Notes: generated by a model from the sequence alone, not told the origin. Positions 25,536-38,844 are shown, numbered from the stretch's first letter. The stretch: 64,000 nucleotides of DNA from Octopus vulgaris (GCA_951406725.2 OX597819.1:44702001-44766000), one strand, 5' to 3'. A program made the numbers and translations.

Positions 25536-25630
25536 TATAGTTATAAATTTCTCTATACCTCTGGACATTTTTTTTTCCTAGCTATAGTTATAAATTTCTC
25601 TATACCCCTGGACCTTTTTTTTCCTAGCTA
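25536..25630. repeat. Direct tandem duplication of about 47 bp
   Basis: TATAGTTATAAATTTCTCTATACC(T/C)CTGGAC...TTCCTAGC occurs twice. Confidence 0.9.
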
Positions 25631-25862
25631 CGCGACTTGATCTCGCATGAGACACCCACATCTCAATTCCATTCGTCTACGTCAACTGTATCTTTCTCCA
25701 GCCAGATCTTACACATAACACGTCCCTAGTCTTTGAAAACAAAATTCACTTCAAATCCATAGTATCTCACTGTCAGTTAAACGAATTACATAAGTCATAT
25801 TGATCTCACAAGTCACAAGCAACACGCAAAGATCATATGGTTACTTTCTCTGACGAAATAAG

Positions 25863-25897
<35 letters not shown>

Positions 25898-25962
25898 ATC
25901 TTTATGCAAGAACGTCTTGACTGAGTGAGAATCAATACGTCTACACACAGGACGTATACACA

Positions 25963-26032
25963 ATAGTAGTAGTAGTAGTAGTAATAGTAGTAGTAGTATT
26001 AGTATTAGTAGTAGTAGTAGAACTAGTAGAAT

Positions 26033-26101
<69 letters not shown>

Positions 26102-26115
26102 CAGCAGTAGCAGCA
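25963..26115. repeat. (TAG)n microsatellite
   Basis: Directly visible. Confidence 0.97.
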
Positions 26116-26384
26116 ACAATGTCGTTGGTGTTAGTAATGTCTTTATTAAATTCACAGTTATTGCTTAATAACAGCACTGTGTGATATTAAAGTCATTTAT
26201 TCGTTTGAACCGGTTCCCTCTGACAGGAGGCTCGCAGAAAACTTAATATCAGAGAAAATATTAATATTATTTGTTGTGGCCGTGTTATAATCTCTATGAT
26301 ATAACATAACATCTGGGTGTAGTTTAGTTAACCTATCAGGTTTGTGTGACATTAATACAAGTAACGTGTTTCATATGACCTACA

Positions 26385-26453
<69 letters not shown>

Positions 26454-27354
26454 ATATATACATACATATATAAATATATATCTATATATATATGCATATA
26501 TATATATATATACATATATAATATATATGTATATATCATACACAATGCAGTTTAGTTACCATATTAGGTAGCGCGACATTGTCGCAAGTAACATATTTCA
26601 CTGGATTATAATGTTAGAGGGAGTCGTATATGAGAGTAATCTCAATCTCTAGTTGCGAAAGCGGAGTTCAGTCGAAGAGAAGTTTGTACGGTGGCTCAGA
26701 TTGCGAGAAACAGCTGGTAGATCGCCCTCAAATTATACGCTGCCGTCATGCAAAGCGAGGGACATATGGGATATATTGGATTGTCCCTAGTGAAAGTGAC
26801 TGTCATCCTCATGGATCTCTTGAGGTATGGTTGATTTGTAGACTAAACAATAATAGCAATAAGAACAACAACAGCAATTAAACCGACAACATCGAATTTA
26901 CGAATAATGTGTAACGCTTTCATCTTGTTTGTTGCTCAAATTGCTTTTTAATTATGTTGCCGCTTACAAAATTTTAAGGCAGCTTCCGTTCTCTCTTTCT
27001 CCCTCTCTCCCCTCTCTCTCCTCCCTCTCTAACTATATATATATATATATATTTATATATATGTGTATATATATATATCATAAATGTATGCAAGTATGTA
27101 TGTATATATGTATCATAAATATAAGCAAGTATGTACGTATGTATGCATGGTTTTATGTATATTTCTATTTTTCTCTCTCTCCCTTTCTCACTCTCTCTTC
27201 CTCTCTCCACCACTCGCTCTCTCTCTCTCCACCACTCTCTCTCTCTCTCTCTCACTATATATGCATATATATGTATATATATGTATATATATATGTAACA
27301 TAAATGTATGCAAGTATGTATTTATATACGTATCTTTCTCTTCCTGGTTATATA

Positions 27355-27409
<55 letters not shown>

Positions 27410-27870
27410 TATATATATGTATATGTATATGTATATATAACGAGAGAGAGAGAGAGAGAGAGGAAAAAAAGGAATAAGAGAGAGAAAGATTTATATATAT
27501 ATATATATATATATACACGTGACTGTGAGAAACTGTGACTGAGACGCAAATGCTCAGATGTTTTGAAAATGTAGCTGATAAGACTTCTCATTAACTGGAA
27601 TCAAAAGTAATGTAAGAAAGAAAAACATTGAAGACTAGCAGAATAGATTGGAAAATGTATGCTAAAGAGTTAACAGTTGTATCAGATCTTAACAAGCACT
27701 TAAGATATTACAGCACTTTGAGTACCAGATCCTGCTTTCATTTAAAAATTATTAAAAAAAAAATTATTAAGCTGCTGGATTTGAAGTTACACTTAGGTAT
27801 TTAAATATTCACTTTAAAGACATAACCAGAACTGACCAAATATTTTCAACAGTGCAAATGATATATATAC

Positions 27871-27909
<39 letters not shown>

Positions 27910-28259
27910 CTAAGTGAAAGACGGAAGATCGAAGATGCGAGAATTTTTATTTATCACGACAATTGTTTCAACACATCTAGCAACGTGATTACGTAACTTA
28001 TACATTACGTCTCTCATTTGCCATATACATAACGAATATTGTGAAATTGATCGTGCTTTACCAGTAAGCTACCTTGCAACGCCTTATTGGAGGACCAACA
28101 TTCCGAGATTTTTTTTTTTTTTGTCGGGGCTTAAAAATCCTGAAGGACCACTTCAATAAGTCTGTGAATCTGAGCGGTGATTAGGTTGAATAAAATTATA
28201 ATTAAGTGATCTTCGTGTATTATCTTTAACCCAAAGCCACGAACTGATATATATATAAT

Positions 28260-28455
28260 ATGTGACCGCTTGTGTATCGCTGGTGATTTTCTTTCTCCCT
28301 CTTCCCTACCTTGGACCTTTCCTTTTTCTATGTTTCTGACGAAGAGCTCCGCTCGAAACGTTAAATCTTCCTCCTTTCTTTCCTGTGCTGAGAATTCAAT
28401 AACACTATACTTGTTCCACGTCCTTGCGCTGTTGTGTTTTCATGTTTGGATTAAC

Positions 28456-28456
<1 letters not shown>
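28260..28456 (+). mobile_element. Penelope-like terminal-repeat-derived element between (TA)n tracts
   Basis: Pyrimidine-rich arms surround a hammerhead motif; decayed relative at about 35365-35528. Confidence 0.55.
28331..28366 (+). ncRNA. Minimal type-I hammerhead ribozyme motif
   Basis: TTT-CTGACGA-A-GAGC-TCC-GCTC-GAAAC-GTT-AAA: conserved core boxes, a 4-bp stem II and a palindromic ACGT stem III. Confidence 0.6.
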
Positions 28457-28481
<25 letters not shown>

Positions 28482-28486
<5 letters not shown>

Positions 28487-28608
28487 ACCAGACTATCGAA
28501 TATTGCTATAAACATTTGGTCACAGTGTTATTCTTCGATTCTGAGAATCGAAACGACGATCTTCTAATCGTGAGTGCAGCAACCTAACCACGAAGCTACG
28601 CACCTTCA
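28482..28608 (-). mobile_element. Internally deleted, degenerate SINE D (tail type 1)
   Basis: ACCAGACTATC...TATTGCTA...TGGTCACA tail joined directly to the GAGAATCGAAAC...CCTAACCAC head. Confidence 0.6.
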
Positions 28609-29445
28609 TATAAACACATATAAACACACTCTTAAATACCTTTCTATGCAAGTATTTATGCATGTATGCATGTATATATATATGAGTGTGTATGTGAATA
28701 ACTTAAGTTAACACCGGGTGATTGTGATGGTGCTGTTAGTACTGATGATGTACTTCGTGATGGCTGTAAGTTGGTAATATCTGCTAGAACCAGTGTTCAT
28801 ATCGATTAGTAAAACCCAACAATTACAACTGAATATTTCTGAGTGATAAAATGGAAATTAGCCAAGTGTTATTAGAACCGATTCTTACCTGTAATCGAAT
28901 AATTGGGAACGTATAGTAACATCACAAGCAAATTTCTAATGAGATCTGGTTTGCATTCTTGGAAATATATTATGCTCACTCAAATAATGGGTGCAAAATA
29001 GCCATATGTAGTAAATGGTTAATTGTCATATATTGCCGATTTTATGTAAAACGTTCAGTTGTTTTAAATTAAAATTTAGCTTCATGTTAAAATATGGAAG
29101 AAGTGTGCGTGTTAATCAATTAGGTTAGACATATTTTGAACCTGCACTAGTAGAATTATTGCTACGGGGCAGTATTATCGATTGAATCTAAGCAGTATAG
29201 TGTTGGTGCAAGAGAATTAGATTATAAAATTTTCTTTAAAAAAATTCAGTCCCCAATAAATAAGCAATACACTCACATACAAAACAGAAAGAATTGCATA
29301 ATTAACTGTATCAAATTCTCAGTGAGTAGATGGGTCAGATTTAAAATCTTGCAAGATTTGACTAAATCTTTCATCACTTGAGGTTGAATACTATAAATAA
29401 TAAACACGCTGGAGTTTATTAAAGCCAGTTTTTGATCTTATTTAC

Positions 29446-29523
29446 GACAGACTTCCGGTTTAACATGCAGCCATAACACTACCAGCCCGCTTTCCGCTGA
29501 ATCACAGATGTTTCTATCTCCGG
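29446..29523 (-). other. Candidate exon (78 nt)
   Basis: Acceptor CTTTCTTTTTTATCTACACAG and moderate donor GTC|GTAAAT; GC-richer than flanks. Confidence 0.3.
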
Positions 29524-30681
29524 CTGTGTAGATAAAAAAGAAAGGTGAATAAAAATATAAATTTTATAATCTTCTCAATCTTCTACATTTATTTCTCGCA
29601 TTCTTACTTCCATTTCTTTATATTATTGGATTCCACTCGTTCTGCTTACACAGACAAATATTTGCATTTATACTTTTTCATTAGTCTTAGTTATTGGATG
29701 TCAGCCATTTCGTGGTACCATTTAAAGGACACTTTGGTTTGTCGCTCTTAATTTATTGCATCGTTTAGGTTTCTCTTAGATTACATATGACATATCTTAT
29801 CACGACACATACGTAAATGTCTAAAAGCAGATTTGTTTTGCATGCATTGACAATTTACACCAACAAGCGCGACACGCTACACACAGGCATATTTCTTTCA
29901 ACTTACAAACGAAAATTTTTCAGTTACTCGGGTAACTGAATTACATGTCGTGGAAATGGCTGAGTATTCCATAGATACATGTACTTTTGGGATAATTCTC
30001 AAGTAGAATGGAGAGTGTTAGTATGCTCAACCTTCAAATTTCGGGTCCAATTATCTGTCAGAATTCTATCAGCTTTCGTCTACCAAATTTTACTGACAAG
30101 GCAGGGATTGAACAGGCGCTATAGAATAAGATACATGCCAAAGATGTATTTTAAGATTCAAATATAAGTTTTTATAAGATGCAAATATATGTTATCCCAA
30201 CGCCCGACTTTTTTGTCTTGTTTTTAACTGAAGCATGGGTGTACCTTCTGTTATTAGACTTTTTATCTGCCAGATAATCTAACATGTGTAAGACGAAGGA
30301 CAAAAATGATTTCCCTCTTCTTCATTTTGAATTATTCCATAATTTATTCTTGTTACTTGGTAAAATGCTTATAAATATATGTATAGGTGTATTATCAATT
30401 TTCAAATCAATCACATTGTTTATAATTACGATATTTTATCAGAAAATAAAATCTTTTACTTTGTTCTGTTGAGAAAATCAATTTTTTTGTTATTCTATCG
30501 TTTGCGATTACGATCTCTCAAAACAGTTTGCGTACCTATGTCGGATACTGATTTTTTTTTTTCAGATTAGAAACGTTGTAAAATACTGTAGCCCTTTCGT
30601 TAGTTTACGAATGGTAAATTTAAGTATATTGTTATATTTCGGGTTGGTCAACTTTTGCTTTTGACAAATAAACACACTCAC

Positions 30682-30887
30682 TTCGTTCTTCAATTCAGCT
30701 TTACTATTGCACTTATTTCAGTGTCCTTTGCCTGAAATGTTCCGTCACACATCCTGGAGGAGACAATTGGAATGGAGAGTCGCTGAAGAGTTCCGGATGT
30801 GTGATGAAAGATTTCGGACAAAAGACACTAAAATACGAACAATGATAAAGCTGACATAAAGAACAAATATATAGTGCGTGTGTTTAT
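30682..30887 (-). other. Candidate non-coding exon (206 nt) containing a long hairpin
   Basis: Acceptor with a long T run then GCCAG, donor GAA|GTGAGT; stops in all three frames. Confidence 0.5.
30720..30829 (-). ncRNA. 35-bp imperfect stem with 40-nt loop (pre-miRNA-like or dsRNA element)
   Basis: Arms 30720-30754 and 30795-30829 pair at 29/35 Watson-Crick positions; the minus strand adds 3 G-U pairs. Confidence 0.4.
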
Positions 30888-31387
30888 CTGGCAAAAAAAA
30901 AAAAAAGAAATAAAAATAACCGTCCCGAAATATAACATTGTCTGTTTCAACACACAATTTCACATCTTGCAAAACAAATACATAAAGATAAAAATTAAAG
31001 AATAATCCATCCCAAATGGAAAACGATTAATGCAAATACGTAACGTCCTGCCTCCTTATTTTTTCAAGTTTTACTTTAAAGACAGGTTTTCTACAAAATC
31101 AACGATATGGAACGAATGGAATGAATTGTTTATCTGTAAACAATTAACGATGAAGATGGTGCTTATAATACTGATAACAATAACAGCAAGGATATCTATA
31201 TGGATATAACTGTGGATATGTGCGTGTGTGGCATGTCGTACAGAGTGTGTTTGCGTGTACGCATGTGTGTGTGTGTGAGACCTTTTATGTCTACACAAAT
31301 AAATAGAGCATACCTGTACATAAGAACACATACAAACGTATACGCATGTGCATGCATACACACACACACACGTACGTATATACATAC

Positions 31388-31452
<65 letters not shown>

Positions 31453-31622
31453 TAGGCACACACATTCACATATTTATCGGAAAACACATAAACGCTAATA
31501 TGTTGTTACGCCCCAGATGCTATAAAAAACCGTACATTTTTTCCATATTCTTATTATTTATTAATAAATGATAAGTCACGTGTACACAAACACAAACACA
31601 CACATTTATATGGTCTATGATA

Positions 31623-31674
<52 letters not shown>

Positions 31675-32365
31675 CTAAGTATCTATCTATTTCTGCCTTT
31701 CTCTGTCACTCTCCACACACACATACATACATATATGAGGTAGAATGTTCGTATTTGAGACGGAGTGTATTTTATTGTTGTTATGTTTAGCACCTTGTAA
31801 CAATCGATCGTTCATATCTATGATCAGAGACTTTCGAGTCGAGAACATCCTTTTATTTTTGCTTATCCAGGTAACGCAGTTAGCACCTATGTCGGCTACT
31901 TCCTATGTCATAGAACGAGATTGAGTGTTTGTGTGTGTCAACGACCCCGTGTATTAACATATCACATTACCAGCAATATTCAAAGATTGCCAGCACGTAT
32001 CACATTATAGGGCTCTAGAGTAGTTTTAGTTCAAAGAATCATTTCCATTACAATAAGATCATCATCATCCCTATGTCGTATAGTGCTTGTTTTAGACAGC
32101 GGATGCTTAATTTTCGATATCTAAATTCAACTGAAATCGATATAAAAGCAAAGAAACAACTGTTGCGAGTAATGCGACCGTATGTTTACAAAATCAGAAG
32201 TTGATAGTTGCATGTGGGTGTTCTAGGGTTATACTAATGTAATCTTGTCGATAGCTCATCGAGAGTGCTTGAAATAGTACCAAATGATAAAGTGTAAATG
32301 CGGCCAAGAGGACTATCCAAAAGCATAACAAGCACTATCATGCCATCTCTATCGCGGGCCCTTAC

Positions 32366-32553
32366 CAAAAGAGAATGAAGTAAACAAAATAAGCAAAATA
32401 ACCTAACAATCGTCAGTCCAGTTGGCGATCTCATGCGTTCCTGTGATGCGACAACATTGATAGCAAACGTATGCGATGACAGACGGGACGCAACTGTCGT
32501 ACAAATTTTGGCAGACAGGAACATCTCAGTCGATGCCATTCACCCATCAAGAA
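32366..32553 (-). other. Candidate exon (188 nt), possibly a first coding exon or a uORF
   Basis: Acceptor CTTTCCTTATATATTCCAG and donor TTG|GTAAGG; ATG at 32539 gives 58 codons ending in hydrophobic TIVRLFCLFCLLHSLL. Confidence 0.45.
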
Positions 32554-32684
32554 CTGGAATATATAAGGAAAGCAAGCGGTGCGAGAACGAATCACTGCTA
32601 GGAATACATATTTTTAATCAGCGGCAAGGGAAGCAACAGATGATTTATATAAACCGTTGATGGTTTTCATGAAAACTATCTGCT

Positions 32685-32916
32685 GGCGTACTGGCAGAAT
32701 CGTTAGCACGCCGGGCGAAATGCTTAGCAGTATTTCGCCTGCCGCTACGTTCTGAGTTCAAATTCCGCCGAGGTCGACTTTGCCTTTCATCCTTTCAGGG
32801 TCGATAAATTAAGTACCAGTTACGCACTGGAGTCGATCTAATCGACTTAATCCGTTTGTCTGCCCTTGTTTGTCCTCTCTGTGTTTAGCCCCTTGTGGAT
32901 AGTAAAGAAATAGGTA
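32685..32916 (+). mobile_element. SINE B, first unit only
   Basis: High similarity to 2454-2688; stops where the second internal unit would begin. Confidence 0.88.
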
Positions 32917-33309
32917 TGACGTATGGCATGGCCTCAATGACAATGACAATCACTATGGCAGCAAATTTGAGTGGCAATTGTTCCAGCAATGTTAATGCAT
33001 TCGTGGTCCGCTATAATATTCATCACTACACAAGATCCATTTATATATATGTAAATGAAACTATAGGCATTGATGCAAATTTAAAAGTAAGTGAAAAATA
33101 GAAATATATGTAAAGAATGTACAAAGTATATATTTTAAAATATTATTATTGGATGCCCTTTTATATACACACACGCGCATACACCCATGTATATATATAT
33201 TTATATATATCAATATACATATATATCCATATGCATATAATACAGAGGTTGGTACATATGTATAAGCATGTATATATATATATATATATATATACATTTA
33301 TATATATTG

Positions 33310-33383
<74 letters not shown>

Positions 33384-33461
33384 ATATACATATATATATA
33401 TATACGTATATGTATATATATATGTATAAATTTGCTTAGAATTATACAAAATATCTACCTA

Positions 33462-34944
33462 CACTGCGTCCCACATTATTACGGAATTCAACCTTCTCCC
33501 AATAAACAAATCTGTATTCATTCAAAACCATTTGTTTTCCCACTGACTTTTGGCAACACCTACCTGCGCACATTCTGTTAAAATAAATCGAATCTGCGCA
33601 GAGTTCAACAAATGGCGCCCGTTTTCGTGATTGGGCAGCATTTTCACCGTCACAGATCATTAGGAAAGTAAAATAAAAATGATGATTGAATCAGAACACA
33701 CATTTTATTTAATTCAACAGTAAATGTTTAACAAAAAATTATTCATAAAAGACTTAATAATAAACATAATATACGTTCGATTGAAAATAATCAGGGGAAT
33801 ATGCTGTCATACAGCTCCTAATGTTTAATGTATGATCCTCTACATGCAGCAACCTTCCTCACGTGCTGATGCATTGAATTTGTCAAGGTGATGATACATT
33901 CCTGTGTCATGCTTTGAGGAGCATCTACAATACCATCCCAGAGTGTAACTTTTCTTGAAAACAGCCGTCCATCTTGGTAAACGTACCTCTTCAGAACAGT
34001 TCACATGTTTTCGATTCGGTTTAAGTCAGGGGCACAAGGGGCCACTCAATCAAACCACTTCCAGAGAAGCCTATTTGCTGCAGGTATTCCTTACAATTCT
34101 TCGCTGCATGAAGACCAGCTTTCTCGTGAACAAAAGTTTTTGGTTTTTGAACCACGGTCGAAAAGTGTCCTTTAACAAGGTAACATTGTTTTCGATATCA
34201 TTTTCAATGCCATCTGGAGCTTACTTTCCATGGCCTGAGCATCATACAACCAATGATGACCCAACTCTCTCCTGCTGTCGTCTCAAACGATGAGGACGGT
34301 TCCCGCTGATTGATACCCAAACTTTACTGCAGACATCTGGTCCATCAAGAGTAGCAGGGTATCTTAATGCATTCTTAATGATAACAGGTTTATCATTTCT
34401 GGCTACCTGCTTCAAGAGGCGACACCTGGCAATTTTTGTTACGTCTTCCCTGCCAGTTTGAATACTTTTCTAATTGTCAGACATGGGTTCCGCACAACTT
34501 GCCTATTTACACTTGACAAAGTACGATTCAAAGCTACCCTCGACCTACCCTTATCTGCCCTCGACCGAACAGAAATAGGAGACCTCACAAATTTCTTCAC
34601 TGTTCGGTGATATTTTCCCAGTATTTTTTGATATTTCTATGGAAGTCTTACTTTTTCCAAGCTCTGCCACGATGGTAGACTTCTCACATTCGAAATAAAA
34701 TCACGTTTCTGACCCATAATGACACTTAAATTGGGCACCTGCCAAATAATTTGGGAGAGCAGAATCGTTGATGCTGCAAGATAATGGCCGCCGTTTGATT
34801 TCGTTTACACAGATCCGATTTATCTTAACAGAATGTGCGCTTATAGGTGTTGCCAACAGTCAGTGGAAAAACAAATGGTTTTAAACGAATACGCATTTAT
34901 TTATTGAGAAAATGTTGATTTGCCTAATAATGTGGGACCCAATC
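33462..34944 (-). mobile_element. Decayed Tc1-family transposon with long TIRs (about 170 bp)
   Basis: TA|CACTGCGTCCCACATTATT... is mirrored at ...AATAATGTGGGACCCAATC|TA; minus-strand remnants MGQKRD, HRTVKKFV, TLDGPD, RLRRQQ and a frameshifted PDLNPIEN-like block. Confidence 0.88.
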
Positions 34945-35521
34945 TATTTAAATGTGTATAAATAAGCGTATACGTCTACGGTACAAGGAAGAAGTTTCGG
35001 GGAACCATACAAGTAATACCAGCAAGTTCAGGCAAAAATCCGACGAAAGCAGTACCGGATACACCATGCCTAATTTACACTACTATATTCTTAGAAAATT
35101 AGAATTATACGGACTGCAAAATCACTTTTATGTCAACTCCTTTAACGACAATGAAAATCGACAGACACATGCACGTATACATGCATACTTGGAAAGCTGT
35201 TTACATGCATCAAATTACTATAGATATGGAAATCAATATATGCTCACTAAAGTTCCATAATAACCGGAAACCTTAAGCAATTTGTCAAATAAAATAGTTG
35301 GGTGTGAGGAAATCAAGAGTAAATCGTAAATTCTTTGCTAAAAGTAATGTAATAATCATGATTTTTATATATTTTTCTCCCTATCTCTTTTGTCTTATCA
35401 TTTCTTTTTGTAGAAGAACGTAGGATCGAGACATCAAAGACTTCTATTTTTCCAGAGCGTCAATCTAATACAACCTGTTCCTTTATTCACTAACACATTC
35501 CAGTCCTTTGTTTTCTTGAGT

Positions 35522-35610
<89 letters not shown>

Positions 35611-35744
35611 GTAAATTTAAGGTAATATTTAATATCGATACTGTGGATGGCTAAAAGACAAATTACTGCCGGAATTCTAATATAAACTATGAAATTTATT
35701 ATGTCAGTCTATTGCAAATTCCAAGTGAAACATATCACCAATAC

Positions 35745-36089
35745 ATAACATGTTATAGTGAAAAGTATATGTACATAGATGGACAGAGAGATATAAGGAT
35801 ACAAGACATCTAGATAATTAATAAATAAATACATGTATACATGTGAATATATATATATATATATATACATTGATTATATATATAGCTTCATAGCTTACTC
35901 TATACGTTTATAGAGTACAAATATATGTTGTTCATATACAAGAGTGTTGTTGACTGTAACTTCGGAATCTCAGGCAGCTATATAACTACAGACCTACATG
36001 TATACATATATATACAAGTATAACGAAGTATATAACAAATATATAATTATTTAAATTATTTAATATATATATCTATTAAATATTTAATA

Positions 36090-36165
<76 letters not shown>

Positions 36166-36541
36166 TAATATAGATAGATAGAGAGATAGATGTATATATA
36201 TAACATGTTATAGTGAAAAGTATATGTACATAGATGGACAGAGAGATATAAGGATACAAGACATCTAGATAATTAATAAATAAATACATGTATACATGTG
36301 AATATATATATATATATATATATATACATTGATTATATATATAGCTTCATAGCTTACTCTATACGTTTATAGAGTACAAATATATGTTGTTCATATACAA
36401 GAGTGTTGTTGACTGTAACTTCGGAATCTCAGGCAGCTATATAACTACAGACCTACATGTATACATATATATACAAGTATAACGAAGTATATAACAAATA
36501 TATAATTATTTAAATTATTTAATATATATATCTATTAAATA

Positions 36542-36606
<65 letters not shown>

Positions 36607-36626
36607 CATAGATAGATAGAGAGATA

Positions 36627-36640
<14 letters not shown>
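35745..36640. repeat. Near-identical tandem duplication, period about 455 bp
   Basis: 35745-36199 is repeated from 36200 and differs mainly in (TA)n lengths. Confidence 0.92.
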
Positions 36641-36682
<42 letters not shown>

Positions 36683-36695
36683 TATATATATATTT

Positions 36696-37689
36696 ATTTT
36701 TTATTTTATCGAGTTTCAGCTCACGAGCTGTGGCCATGCTGGGGCACCGCCATTTGGTGTTGCTACATGATTTTACTTCACGAATGCTTTTCAGCAACTG
36801 CCATTTGATGCATGAGAGAATTCGATGCAGCTGCCCTCATCTGCACCTCCTGCCGTGAAGTTGGTTCATACGGGACACCTGACAGGAAGAGATCCAGTCC
36901 TACTTTAAAGACATCCGCATCCATCCCATGCAGGCCCCTCAGGTTCTTCGGGAGGATATTGAAGAGCTGTGAGCCTCTCAAGCCCAGGCTATCACAGTAT
37001 CTTGTCCTACATCTTGATGGCAAATATGGAGTCCTTGGCACCACGCAGTGGCGCCCAGTTTTGGCATTTGTGTAACTCTCGATGCCAAAGTTTGGGACAA
37101 GTCCTTCTAGGATCTTCCAGATGTATATTATGGCATATCTTTCTCGCCTACGCTCCAAGGAATAGAGTTTTAATCTCTTGAGTCTTTCCCAGTAGCTTAT
37201 ATGCTGCACAGAGGCTATCTTCTTCGTGTAGCTTCGTTGGATCGCCTCAAGTTCTGTGATCAACTTGACACTTGATGGTGACCATAGCTGAGAGCAATAG
37301 TCAAAGTGGCTTAGGACATGTGTCCTCCAGAGGACCATCATGGTTTCTTGGTCTCTTGTTCTAAAGGTTCTAAGAATCCATCCGGCCAGCCGTCTACATT
37401 TCATTGCCAATTTAGCAACATGTACATGAAAGGTTGCGTCATCACTCATGTAAATACCCAGGTCACACACTGATTGTGACTCTGGGATTGCAATCCCTCC
37501 AGGTCCACTGTATTCATTGCGTATTGCATTTAGTTTTGCATGCTGATAGCATAAAGCTTGAAACATTTCAGCATTGAACTGCATGTTATTCTTTTCAGCC
37601 CACTTGTATATTATGTCCAGCTCACATTGCAGGTTTTTAGTGCCTTCAGGGTTCTGTATTGCCTGTGAAACATTTGTATCATCTGCATA
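36696..37689 (-). mobile_element. 5'-truncated CR1-type LINE inserted in (TA)n
   Basis: C-terminal RT ORF, short 3' UTR and A-rich tail; both flanks are (TA)n. Confidence 0.92.
36778..37689 (-). CDS. LINE ORF2 reverse transcriptase, C-terminal fragment (about 303 aa, open but lacking a start)
   Basis: [36 protein letters not shown] and [19 protein letters not shown] motifs; the upstream part of tracked ORF 36778..37851 is microsatellite read-through. Confidence 0.9.
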   Translation of the reverse strand, partial: YADDTNVSQAIQNPEGTKNLQCELDIIYKWAEKNNMQFNAEMFQALCYQHAKLNAIRNEYSGPGGIAIPESQSVCDLGIYMSDDATFHVHVAKLAMKCRRLAGWILRTFRTRDQETMMVLWRTHVLSHFDYCSQLWSPSSVKLITELEAIQRSYTKKIASVQHISYWERLKRLKLYSLERRRERYAIIYIWKILEGLVPNFGIESYTNAKTGRHCVVPRTPYLPSRCRTRYCDSLGLRGSQLFNILPKNLRGLHGMDADVFKVGLDLFLSGVPYEPTSRQEVQMRAAASNSLMHQMAVAEKHS

Positions 37690-37695
37690 TATATG

Positions 37696-37777
<82 letters not shown>

Positions 37778-38425
37778 TACATATACATAAGCGTGTATGT
37801 GTGTATTTCACAAGTTCGCTGTGAGCTAGAAGACTCGTAACAGAAATACATTCTTTACTAAGTATACTCACGCTATATATGTTATCACATATACAAAACA
37901 ATCATAAACCAAGTAAACAACAAACCCTCTACAATTACATATACATATACAGACACTCACATACATACAACCACGTCAAAGACACACACACACACACACT
38001 CACACATACACACACACAAACATATATATATGTATATCTATACTTATATTTATATGTATCTACCTATCTATCAATATATATATATATATATCAACACACA
38101 AACACGCATTTCTTTGTTTATTTCTTTACTTGGAGAGACAGACAGATAGAAAGAAACATACTTATAGAGACTGAGTTCTATTTATAGAAATATGGGTCTC
38201 GTAATGAAATACTGATTATGAAATCAAAGTGCCCAAACAGGTGACAATCCTAGCAGTACATTACTGGTAAACATCACGTCAAAACAACACGAATGTGTGT
38301 GCGTGCCTATATATCTATGTGTTTGTATATATATATACACACACACACATTTTTAAATATAATATGTGTATTGCTGCATACATGCATGTATATACACATA
38401 TATACATAGATCCATATATATATAT

Positions 38426-38519
<94 letters not shown>

Positions 38520-38717
38520 CTATATATATATGTATGTATATATGTATATATATATATATGTATATATACATCATTCTAATGGTAAGAAAATTGTGGATGT
38601 ATTCGTGTATGTGTATATATACTTATCTCGAGACTGAGCTATCTGTTCCTATCCATACGTTAACATAAGTATATACTTTTACTTTTTGTCTACAGGTTTC
38701 AACAAGAGAAGGGGAGC

Positions 38718-38784
<67 letters not shown>

Positions 38785-38799
38785 TATGTACATATATAC

Positions 38800-38844
<45 letters not shown>

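Noticed and set aside
29451-29473. ETS-like ACTTCCGGT next to a YY1-like AACATGCAGCC
   Set aside because: Short motifs with an imperfect YY1 match and no other promoter evidence
37690-37851. N-terminal extension and ATG of the 357-aa RT ORF
   Set aside because: It is (TA)n and flanking DNA that happens to be in frame, not part of the LINE
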